A program made the translations under genes and the position numbers. A stretch of 64,000 bases of DNA from Eledone cirrhosa (lineage: Eukaryota). The notes beneath the pieces are model-generated. The model saw nothing but the letters and a program-made list of their open reading frames with translations. It had not been told where the DNA came from and ran no database searches. The stretch is from NCBI GenBank assembly GCA_964016885.1, contig OZ024744.1, positions 5,580,001 through 5,644,000 on the forward strand, written 5' to 3'. Below, piece by piece: positions 53,501-64,000 of this stretch; positions within the stretch are counted from its first letter, which is position 1; every line of letters begins with the position of its first letter.

Positions 53501-54771
53501 TAACCATGCACAGAATGCATCACTCTAAGGCAGATACAGATAGAATATATCTCCCTAGGAAAGAAGGAGGACGTGGGTCAATCCAGTTAGATATTGCATT
53601 GAAAACTGCAACAATTGGATTATCTACATATCTAAGGGAATCACATGATTGGATGATCAAACTCGTTTTGAAACACGAAAGCATCAAAAGATCATACTCC
53701 ATTACAAAAGATGCATAAAGATACAGTAATGGACTACACATTTCAGAAGTTACATTTACTGCTGAAATGGAAAACACAGAAAAAGCAAAGCAGGTAAAAG
53801 TAACTGCAAATAAAGAACTGCTACAGAAACTGGCTAAGAAATGGCAAGAAAAGCCTCTGTATGGAAAATACCCAGAACGAGCTAACTATCCTGATGTTGA
53901 CAAAACTTTAACCCATCAGTGGTTGGCATCCTCTGGACTGAAATCGGAGACTGAAGGACTGATTATATCAGCACAAGATCAGTGTCTGCCAACAAAAAAA
54001 TTACCAAGCCAACATAATAAAAAATGGATGCAGCCCATTATGCCGTGTATGTAAAAAACAACCAGAGATCATTGACCATATAATTTCAATGTGCAGTCCT
54101 ATAGCTCCAACCGAATACCTAAACAGGCATGACAGAGCTGCACAATACATACATTGGATAATGTGTAAGCATTTTGACCTGCCCCATCAAAAGAATTGGT
54201 GGGAGCATCAACCACCTCCCATACTTGAAAAAGATCACATCTCAATCTTGTGGAACTTTAGCATCCAAACAAACCGAAAAATAGATGCAAATAGACCTGA
54301 TAGAATACTGAAGGACTTTAAAAAGAGGGTATGCCTGCTAATTGATATGTCCGTTCCAATAGACAAGTATGTATCTATAAAAACATTTGAAAAATTGAGC
54401 AAGTATAAGGACCTGGAGATAGAAATTTGAAAAATGTGGAAATTGAGAACTAAAACAATACCAGTGGTTGTAGGCGCTCTAGGAATGATACCTAAGGGGT
54501 CTAATGATTACTTATCGCAAATCCCAGGAAACCCGCAAAAGATAGTACTAATGGGAACTGCCCATATACTAAGGAAGTTTCTGTCAATATAAGTTCATCA
54601 CAAGTCTAAACACCTAAAGATGCATGTGTGAGTATGTATGTTCTTTCTTGAACATGGCGGACCTTGTTGTCTCTTGAGGTCACTGGTTGTGACTTGGTGA
54701 TAACTCGTATGAACATAAAGCAAGATAAATGCAGCTGTAATAATAATAATAATAAGAAGAATAGTAATAAT
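50531..54771 (+). mobile_element. Second R4/Dong family element, full-length but decayed, flanked by TAA repeats
   Basis: KWSREDNK, KSPGKDKIPNFW, NYRPITCL, GIFQGDSLSP, FYMDD, RIYLPRKEGGRG, ETEGLIISAQDQ, RHD, NRPD, KLSKYKDLEIE; tail taataataat at 54738. Confidence 0.88.
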
Positions 54772-55867
54772 GATTTCTTTATTGGCCACAAGGGCTGACA
54801 TCAAGAAAAACATTACAGACGGTACAAGACGGTACAGGACGGTACGATGTGGGTTTTGTGCGTTTAAAGATTTTTATTATTTATATAAGAAAAGAAAAAA
54901 AGACATAGAAACATATATATATATAAATAATAAAAATGAAAATTGAAACAATGAACAAAAACCCCAATAGGGGGAAATCTCCGAGGGTTACTCGTGGCAA
55001 AAACCACACAAAAGACCACGGCAAGCGCCTTCTCTCAATGTTTCCATTTCTCAAACTACAGGCGTATATTCAGAGGGGTCCCGTTCACTTGGACCATTCT
55101 CGCTACATTCACCCACCTTTCAACAAACTTGCTAGAAGGCAGCACTTGCCTCTCCACCATGATTTTCCTCTTCAAGTGAAACTTGAAAAAGTTAATTAGG
55201 GATTCGCCGAAGAGGAAAGTGTCTCTCTTTAACCCTTTCAACATTGTCCACCACACAATCTCTTTAGCCATGGCCACCAGGCAGATGAAAACCGCCTGCC
55301 CTTCCTCCTCGAAGGAAGACGGCGAGACCATCTGCACAATGGACTCAGTCGACAACAGGATCAGTCCCACACGTAACAGCAACTGTTCGACATAGCTCCA
55401 CAAATCAGCAATGTTCGGGCACTGAACGAGTGCGTGCGCGACGGTTTAGTCGCTCTGCGCGCATCTCGGACAGGCTCGGCTGACGGCACTTCCGTGCCTG
55501 TAGATTTTATCTCGAACCGGCAGCGCTTCCCGGTAGCACTGCCAGGCCAGGGAAGTTTGAAAGTTACCATAGGCGCTGAGCTGAAAGTTCTCTGGAAGAG
55601 AGCAAACAGCTGATCTTCTTCGACGCCCAGGATCTCTCCGAGAACGTCGTCGCTATTCCTCTCCACTAGTCCTCTATAGAACGCCGATACTGGGGCCCAG
55701 CTGGCAGAGGGTGGTGTGTGCCTGGAGACATTCCAGTTTCCAAGCTCTATCCCTTGGTCTTTTCCTAACCCAGGACTGCAGCTCCGTCAAGGAGACGAGC
55801 TGTGGGAAAACGTGCCTGGCGAACGGCGACCACACCTGTTCCCCGTCAAGGAAGCACCAGAGATGTC
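54772..55867 (-). mobile_element. 5'-truncated Tx1 element #3
   Basis: Same 3' end (ccttgtggccAATAAAGAAATC-ATT) and C-terminus (LINFFKFHLKRK..FVERWV) as Tx1 #1/#2. Confidence 0.88.
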
Positions 55868-58330
55868 TTCTCCCTGTCCCATATTATATTATCTGGTCTG
55901 TTATGCCTGCATTTCATTGGGGTTTTAACTGGAACATTCCACCAGTACTCTTTCATATTATGTATATGTATGTCTTCCACATTGCTGTAGCTTTTAATGT
56001 GTTTATTATCGGTGCTATCTTTTTTACGGTTTGCATTGTACAGTGTTTTGGCCACTACATCATGCCTTATAGGTAGATAGTACCGCGATGATATCTTTCG
56101 ACAGCTGCTGATGACATTGATGATATCTTCGATGTTAGTTCTGCAGAGTCTGCACTTGTTATCACATCTAGGTGTTTTGCCTGCATGCCTATCTCTTTTG
56201 TGAATCAGGTATTTCGTGTTAATTTCCTGTTCTTGGATTGCAAAAGCGTATCCTTCAAAGTGAGAGCCAATATAGCGGTTTTTGGTCCAAGATAGACTAC
56301 TTTCCTTATCTATATTACTCTCACTCTGGAGCTTCCTGGCAACATATCCATGCATGATTTTTTGCTGATAAGTATGCAGTTTTTCATCCATGGATTCACT
56401 GCGATACTGCTGAGCGACTTCCCTGGGTGTGAGTTTTTGATTATCACACAGGAATATCTCTCAAGGAGTTCCTTCCCAACTTTCATGTTCTCATCTGTTT
56501 CATGCAGATTGACTTGAGCGAGAGACGAGCTCCTACGCTTCAAGGTTCGTAGATGTTGTCGGAGAGATATGATGCGACATTGAAATGTTGTCTGGACTGA
56601 TGTTAGGCCTCTGCTTCCCTGCCTACGTTTCAAGTAAAGGCGGTCTATGTCACTGTTGATGTGGAAGTTTCCGGTGTTGTTTAGTATTTTTCGAGTTCCA
56701 ATATCAACTGCTCGGATTTCGTCTATCGTCCAATTGAGTATTCTAAACGTTGGTGTTAGGACAGGCACAGCAAACACATTGTGAGCCACTGTTTTGTTTT
56801 GAGCAGAGAGTTCCGATGACCAAATCTTTCTTAATCGGGTGTGGTAATCCCTGGTTACGCGTTCTTTATTACAGATACCATTATAGGATATGTTCTCATC
56901 TATCCCCAGGTATCTGTAGCAGTCCTCATCAGATATCGGTGAAACAGTTAGGCCATTGATACAAATGTTGCTAGATTGGGTTGTAGTTTTTCCCCGCTTT
57001 ACAGTCATGTTTGAGCATTTATCTTGGTTGAATTTTTTCTTTTCACCCCATATTTTGCTCCAAAAGGAATCTATGTCTTTATGGGATGGGGCCTCAGTGA
57101 CACTTATTATTTTGCCCATCATATCTCTATAGACTGACGTTTGGTTTCGTCTGAATCTTTTATTACGCACTTTTCTCTCATCTATCTTCTTCAGGTATCG
57201 GCGTTTTTCGCTAACAGCTCTCAATTCTTGTTTGAGGGTGATCAGCTTATATTGAAGAGTTCTGGTTCTACTGTTACCAAACATCGTCTCTATTTTATGT
57301 TTCACTCTTTGTTGGTGAGGAGTGAGGTTTTTTGTGTTTGTTTGCATGTAAGGAGCATTGTCACATATCCTATGTTTTTTCGTAGGTCAGCACTCTTTTT
57401 TTCTATTTTAGTTATATATGATGGTATTTTTGGTGGTGTTCTGTTCTTATTAATATCTCTGTTATCACCAAGATAATGCTTCACTGTCGTTGCTAAGGCA
57501 TATAAACAGGCGTTGATTTGCCAAAATGTTGGGGTTTTTATCCGTCGTAAATAATCATCCCCTATTTCGTCAATAACACGTAATATTTCATTATTTGTTT
57601 TTTTATTAAACATTGTCGTTTTAATACGTTCAGCAAGAGAGATATTTATACATGAATTAATTTCTCTCTGGAAGATTTCGTTGAGGGAAAATTTCAATTG
57701 TTTATACTTTTGATTATTATCATTGTCGATAGTATTTTCCACAACAGTCGAGGTAGACTCGGATGGTACACGTGGTGTCAAATTTCTTCGATTATTATTA
57801 TTATCGATAGTGTTTTCCCCAGCATTCGAGGTAGACTTAATGGTACAAGTGGTGTCAAGTTTCTTACAGGCATAGTTGTTTCAAGGCGCTGTTCGACCTG
57901 GCTGCTAGGAAGTCTAGTAGCATGGCGACCTGTAGCACGTGTTGTTGATAACATGTTTGTTGTGGGGGACTTACAATTAATAATATGTATCTTATTTTTA
58001 CGTTCAACAAACGTCGCTTGTGGGCGTAATTGTTTCGCTGTGAAATAATTTAGCTCTGGGTGTATTTCGTCCCAGTGTATCTTCATTCTATTCATATAGC
58101 CAATGGAGGGATTGTTTTTTGCCATTTTATAACAATTAAATAACTCATTATTAAGTTCGCAACTCCAAGAGAAATGCGATTTATAATTTCGGTTTCTTCT
58201 GTAGCTACAACTTAATAAAGTTTGTTTATCTTCCTTGTTATTTGTCTTCGGTACTTCCTTAATTATGTTGTTGATGTTGTGTTCAGCCATGCTGTTTGTA
58301 GCAAATCCTTTTAAAATGAATTATGTATTT
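55868..58330 (-). mobile_element. Third R4-clade family element lacking the RT core and 3' end, fused to Tx1 #3
   Basis: GYMNRMK..W N-terminus; FWSKIW joined directly to DKC..YRYLG; RLYLKR; EGYAFAIQEQEI; CRLC..RHD; HNRPD then Tx1 sequence; ~72 bp tandem duplication at 57715-57865. Confidence 0.75.
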
Positions 58331-58585
58331 AGTCGGATATCTCTACGAATTCGAATAAAAAAAAGGTGTCTTCAGAAGATATAGTTAGAAGAATATCCAG
58401 TTATTCAACATGACTGCAGTTGTGGCATTACTGTCGGAGATAGTATTCATCTTAAATTTAATAAATAGTCTCCCACGCCCAAATATGCAACTGATCGCAT
58501 TGACTGTATGTATGTATGTATGTATGTATGTATGTATGTATGTATGTATGTATGTATGTATGTATGTATGTATGTATGTATGTAT

Positions 58586-58752
58586 GAGCCCAGCACTATG
58601 TGTCAATAATTGTCACAAGTGTAGTGTTTGTACCAGAGTTTTCAAGTCGCTGGCTGGACTAAAAAGTCACACTCGTTCAGCGCATCGGTAGGGGTTCTCC
58701 TACATGGATATAAAGTAGTGGCCGTACTCGAAAACGAGTTGGCAGCCACCAT
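58586..58752 (+). mobile_element. 3' tip of an RTE/BovB-like LINE embedded in (TATG)n
   Basis: CSVCTRVFKSLAGLKSHTRSAH* C2H2 finger; 3' end ctcgaaaacgagttggcagccacc-(atgt)n; TATG arrays on both sides. Confidence 0.65.
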
Positions 58753-59700
58753 GTATGTATGTATGTATGTATGTATGTATGTATGTATGTATGTATGTAT
58801 GTATGTATGTATGTATGTATGTATGCGTGTGTTTGCATGATTCTATGTATGTATATGTATACACCCAAACCTTTCATTACCATTGCTTCTTTTTCTTGTC
58901 GATTCTGTTGTTCTTGTAACTGTTGTAAAAGTTGACGTTGTCCTTATTTTCATTTTCTTTGATTTCTTTCGTTTTTCATTTATCTCCCTGGGGAATTGGT
59001 TGACAAGCTTCTTTTATTTATTTTCTTCGTTTTCTTTATTCAAATGCATTCAGACTGGCTGTCTCAGAGACGTAAAGATATGGCTTATAAAATTTACCTA
59101 AGTAAATAGCCTAGCGCCCCCAAATCTTCAACCCCCCACGCCCCCTTGCTCCAAAGTGCCCCCCCCCCCCTGGAGTTCCGAAACGCCCCCGGGGGGTATA
59201 TGCCCCCCGTTGAGAACCTTTGCTCTACATTGTTATTGCCTCTAATGAGGCACTCTGCAACTCAAAATTTGCTACACTTTACTCCTGCTTAGATTGTCAC
59301 ATACATGTGTCACTTGTACGCAATACCATTAATTCACACCAACATAAAGTGAATCCATGGTTTTGGGAACATCTGTCAATATGAAGAGGATAACGTTCTA
59401 AAAAAAAACCCAATTATGTCACTACATACATCTGTTACATAATGTTGTACCTTGTACTCTCTAACATACACTTAAGACTTTCAACATTGATACACATATT
59501 GGAACATCTGATGAAACCTAAGAAATAACACATGAATAAATTGTTTCACACACATTAAATTCCATATATAGAGCCAGAAAATACATCAATCCCACTCAAT
59601 TTCTAACACTCTACAAGGTTCAACTTAAACCAACATTATACTACAGCTCAATTCTCCACAACAATGCTACTGCTACACACAATCATTATTAAGCAAATCA

Positions 59701-59890
59701 AGGGCGGTGAATTCGCAGTATCGGTAGAGGGTTGGACGCCATGCTTTCTAGCATAGTTACGTCCCTTTACAGTCTGAGTTCAAATCCCGCCGAGGTTAAT
59801 TTTGCCTTTCATCCTTACGGGGTCGATAAAATAAAGTACCAGTAATGTACTGGGTAATTGCTGGCCTTGTGCCTAAAGTAGAAACAATTA
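59701..59890 (+). mobile_element. tRNA-derived SINE (octopus-type) with 16-bp TSD
   Basis: B box GAGTTCAAATCC; body gcctttcatccttacggggtcgataaaataaagtacc; ATTATTAAGCAAATCA at 59685-59700 and 59887-59902. Confidence 0.8.
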
Positions 59891-60582
59891 TTAAGCAAAT
59901 CAGAAAGTACATTCATAGACTTGCCGTCTGTTATTCTTCTTTCTGTTTACATCACTAGTATAATGATCTGTTGTTCTGCTCTAGATATTTGCATAACTTT
60001 TTCACCTCATGCGTATTCATCGTATCCTAGCCAACTCTCATATTTTTTCTTCATAATATTGTTCTTTCCCCATAATGTCTCCTGTCCAGAACAATGCCCA
60101 CCTAGTTTTATATCCCGGCTCATGTTTTTAACAATGATTTACAGATGTTCAACTTGAACATCAAACGAGAAATTCAGACGAGAGTGTCATGTGGGAATTT
60201 CTCTTTGATTTTGACAATTTTTTAAGGAAAAAAAAATGTGAGAATCTGATCCTCAACTTTTTTTTACTGTTTAATGAATTTGAAATATTGATAGTTTCCA
60301 TTATTAATATTATAAACATAGAAAGAGAAATGCGACACATTAGAGTTGCAAGTAACTCTTCCTTTGATATCTGTAGCTCATCCAGCCGGAAAACTGTAGT
60401 CGTCTACATTCTTCTATCGAAAGCCTGTAATGTATGTATGTATGTATGTATGTATGTATGTATGTATGTATGTATGTATGTATGTATGTATGTTTATATG
60501 CAGATGTATGTATGTATGTTTATATGCAGATGTATGTATGTATGTTTATATGCAGATGTATGTATGTATGTTTATATGCAGA

Positions 60583-61735
60583 TGTTTATATGCAGATGAT
60601 TGTGATCTCTTTGCACACTCCCAGAGTGACATGCAACACCTTATGGATTCTTTTTCCAATGTGTGCAGTGCTTTGGGACTGACAATCAGTCTGAAGAAGA
60701 CTGTACCAGCCTGCTCCTGATAAAGTTTTTCAATGAACCCTCCATATATGGTCAAAAGCTTAAGGCTGCTGACTCATTTGTGTATTTGGGGAGTACTCTG
60801 AGTGTGGCCCGCTCTCTGGATGCAGAAGCTGGTCTACGTGTTAGTAGGGCAAGGGAGTAATTTGGAAGGCTCAACGACCGTCTTTGGTGCAGGCGAGGAA
60901 TCACAATGAGGACCAAGGTGAGAGTGTATGCTGCATGTGTACTGTCAGCTTTGCTGTATGCGTGTGAGACATGAGTTGCCTACAAATGGAATATCCACAG
61001 ACTGGAACGGTTTCACCAGCAGTGTCCCAGAAAGATGCTCGGTATCAAGTGGCAGATGCATGTGAGTGATGTTGAGGTCTTTGAGAGAAGTGAGTGTCTG
61101 AGTATTGAGAGTATCATCCACCAACGGCGTTTGCGATGAACCGGACACTTCTGCAGAATGGAGGATGATCGAATCCCAAAACAACTCTTGTATGGCGAGC
61201 TTTGTAAAGGTAAGAGACCACCTCACAAGCCAAAGCTCCGATTCAAGGATTGTGTAAAGGACTCATTGAAAAAAACTGGTTTGATGATGGCTGACTGGGA
61301 GATAGTGGTTATTGAAAGAGAAACTTGGCGTGGACTGGTGAATGATGGGTCCATAACTTTGAGGACAGGCGCATAGAGTACGAGAAGATCAAACGGGATG
61401 TGTGTGCGTAAGCAATACCTTGGTGTATCTCTTGAAACGATCGGTGTCTCCATTGAATTGAAGTGCCCTGAATGAGGAAAGATTTGCTTGAGAAAATCTG
61501 GTCTCAGGAACCACAGTCGCAGCCATGTTCAAAGAGAACCAGTGAACTATGATCTCCACGGTGTTGTGAGGGTTCACAGGCAGCCTGATGCAGGACCTCA
61601 AGCCAGGGAGATCCATAGTCGTCAGTGTTTGAAGGAGTGAAAGTCTCTAGCAGGCTTGAAAAGCCATATCCGAGCGTCACACATCTGAATCTGACAAGCG
61701 ATTGCAATACTCTTGCAGAGTTTGCAGCCATCATG
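60583..61735 (+). mobile_element. 5'-truncated RTE/BovB-like LINE after (TATG)n
   Basis: LYADDCDL, LGLTISLKKT, FVYLGSTLS, RIPKQLLYGEL..KLRFKDCVK; 3' end gagtttgcagccatc-atgta, similar to ~58735. Confidence 0.85.
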
Positions 61736-61766
61736 TATATATGTGTGCGTATATATATATATATAT

Positions 61767-62028
61767 ATATTAAAATATAAATATTAATAAAATAGATGTT
61801 CTTTTGATCAATTACATTTTATTATACATATTTCGGATGTACAACAGTACGTCCTCATCAGACAGAATATAATGATACATGACATACCCTAAGATGTTAA
61901 ATGGTTAAGATTTAATCAAGGTAGATATTTTGTCTAATGAGGACGTACTGTTGTACATCCGAAATATGTATAATAAAATGTAATTGATCAAAAGAACATC
62001 TATTTTATTAATATTTATATTTTAATAT
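61767..62028. repeat. Fold-back inverted repeat (~103 bp arms) with a hammerhead fold in each arm
   Basis: Minus 61816-61868: CTGATGA ggacgtac..gtacatcc GAAA tatgta TA; plus copy 61927-61979 has CTAATGA. Confidence 0.85.
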
Positions 62029-62135
62029 TAATAACTCCGGAAAATTATTTTTTACGTAGAGTGCTTCCAATCTACTGTAAAACTGGCCCGCGTGTCTATT
62101 TGCCATGAAGGTAGATGTGCAGTGTTCAGTCTCGC

Positions 62136-62233
62136 ATTTTGCTGACTGATTATCCATGTGGACTGTTATACTACACATATAGGTGGTGACACATATAGGT
62201 GGTGAAACGAAGCTAGGTTCGTATCAGCAAAAT
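62136..62233 (+). ncRNA. Hammerhead-like fold with 10-bp stem I and non-canonical core CTGATTA
   Basis: attttgctga CTGATTA tcca...tggt GAAA cgaa-gctagg-ttcg TA tcagcaaaat. Confidence 0.5.
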
Positions 62234-62619
62234 ATAGTTATAAGGTTTGTGATTTAAAACTCCAATCCAGAGATTTGATTCTGATCTGGTTTTTTTCTAT
62301 TTAATTGCTTACCTGTAGATATTGTTCCCTGTACAGTAACGGTAAAATCACTTGTAATAATTCCTTACACACTTCTCACTGTGTAACACATTTCTCTTTG
62401 TGTAATATATACTTGCATTTGAGCTCGGAAGGAAATTCTCTATTCTTCTTTGAGCTAATAATACTATTATTATTATTATTACAGTGAACAGCGGAATACT
62501 CTTATCTCCGCTTTTTGTATATATATGTATATAGTAATAATAATAAATTATAAGACTAAAATCCAAAGAGGACTCGATAAGAATAAATATATATCAAATA
62601 TATAAGAACCGTAGAGCAA

Positions 62620-62773
62620 ATATTTATTAAAATAACAGATTAAAGTTTAAGCAAAGAATCGCTGCTTTCACCCTTAACGGGATCTTCTGATCTTTGTTAG
62701 TTTCAGAAGATCCCGTTAAGGGTGAAAGCAGCGATTCTTTGCTTAAACTTTAATCTGTTATTTTAATAAATAT
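62620..62773. repeat. Fold-back inverted repeat (~71 bp arms) with hammerhead-like fold 62699-62749; related single arm at ~31755-31815
   Basis: agttt CAGAAGA tccc-gttaa-gggt GAAA gca..tgc TT aaact. Confidence 0.8.
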
Positions 62774-62870
62774 ATATATATATATATATATAACGAAGGA
62801 AATGTGGTAAGGAACCAGGTGGACCATAACGCACCAAAGTACTCAATACTTGGGGTAGTAGAGTGGGTAA

Positions 62871-62912
<42 letters not shown>

Positions 62913-63310
62913 ATTAAATAAATGGAAACTATATTTATAAAACCATATTTATTTCATTATATATATTTCAGGGATATCATATTAACAATATGCTATGCCT
63001 TCCTCAGACAAAATACAATATAAACAGTTTTATAGATAAATAGATTCGACATACCGTAACAACATCGACTTGTATTTGAAAAGGTTGATTTGGTAGTGAA
63101 AAAATTGTACACAGAGAGAAAGAAAGAGAGAAAAAAGGAAAGAAAGACAGAACACGAAGAAAAAGAAGAAAAAGAAAAAGAAAAAGAAAAAGAAAAAGAA
63201 AAAGAAAAAGAAAAAGAAAAAGAAAAAGAAAAAGAAGAAATGCATGGAACAAAATAGAGAGATGGAAAGATAGATAAAGAGAAGAACTTCATGTAAAGAA
63301 ACAGAGATAT

Positions 63311-63550
63311 ATAGAGAGAGGAAATAGAGATAGATACATATATATAGAAAACTAGGTAGTGGGACGTCTGTTGAATAACGTATCAATGATACATTTATTT
63401 ATTTATTTATTTATTTAGCTCTAGTATTAATGTAAGAGCTAAATAAATAAATAAATAAATAAATGTATCATTGATACGTTATTCAACAGACGTCCCACTA
63501 CCTAGTTTTCTATATATATGTATCTATCTCTATTTCCTCTCTCTCTCTAT
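63311..63550. repeat. Fold-back inverted repeat (~110 bp arms)
   Basis: gagaggaaatagagatagatac...tttagctc vs gagctaaa...gtatctatctctatttcctctc. Confidence 0.9.
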
Positions 63551-63558
63551 ATATATAG

Positions 63559-64000
63559 GTACCAATCAGTACGAAACATAGCTCTGTCAGCTTCATCTCT
63601 TCTGTTTGCTAAAAAATGTAAAGTAAGTGAGACTGTCACTACTCTCAAACAATAGCATAACGTAAAGGAAATGCTTTTAATTAAGCATACGGTGTATTGC
63701 AAAATACACTATATATACATTCACATATATATAGCTATTTCAGAGCGCCAATTCTAATTTTCAATTTCTACTTGACCGGCAACCGCACTGTATAATCAGT
63801 TCCTGATTATTACTAGAAATTCTATAAGAATCAAACATTCATAATTTTCAGCAAACAGGTGGAGTACTTGGTTTTGATAAGTACCAATCAGTACGAAACA
63901 TAGCCCTGTCAGCTTTATCTCCCCTGTTTCCTGAAAATTTAAAGTAAGTGAGACTGTCACTACTCTAAAACAGTAGCATAAGGTAAATGAAATGCTGCTA
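63559..64000 (+). mobile_element. ~322 bp tandem repeat with hammerhead (63870-63914), running off the window
   Basis: gtaccaatcagtacgaaacatagc at 63559 and 63881; ggtt TTGATAA gtac-caatca-gtac GAAA ca-tagccc-tg TC agct. Confidence 0.7.

Noticed and set aside
58586-58691. Host C2H2 zinc-finger exon
   Set aside because: Followed by a stop and a LINE-type 3' end shared with the BovB-like element ending at 61735
59110-59225. C-rich tract as a functional G-quadruplex or promoter
   Set aside because: More likely a hAT/MITE terminus remnant (ttgagaacc..); no partner end or associated gene is visible
59701-59795. tRNA gene (also 18230-18301)
   Set aside because: A/B-box-like motifs without a clean cloverleaf; attached to a SINE body, with a TSD at 59701

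Overview
Eukaryotic (animal) repeat-dense DNA with no recognisable host gene. The tRNA-derived SINEs resemble those of octopus/coleoid cephalopods; this taxon call is an inference. (1) 1-16895: a young head-to-tail array of four R4/Dong-clade RT+RLE retrotransposons joined by (TAA)n tails. Their ~1.07 kb leader looks borrowed from an L1/Tx1 element. (2) 17-38 kb: a HERO-like RLE remnant, an RTE element in (TA)n, a Penelope-like element split by nested Helitrons, SINEs and several fold-back ends carrying hammerhead-like motifs. (3) 38.3-58.3 kb: a chain of Tx1 (minus) and R4/Dong elements, mostly joined by AAT microsatellite used in opposite orientations, including a Dong/Tx1 fusion. (4) 58-64 kb: BovB-like RTE pieces in (TATG)n, more fold-backs and hammerhead folds. 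Best leads: the Tx1-leader/Dong-ORF chimeric unit, and a ~320-bp circularly permuted hammerhead-containing repeat (retrozyme-like) with U3-A8 core variants at 34.0 and 63.6 kb. All calls were made by eye; clade names and ribozyme activity need computational or experimental confirmation.
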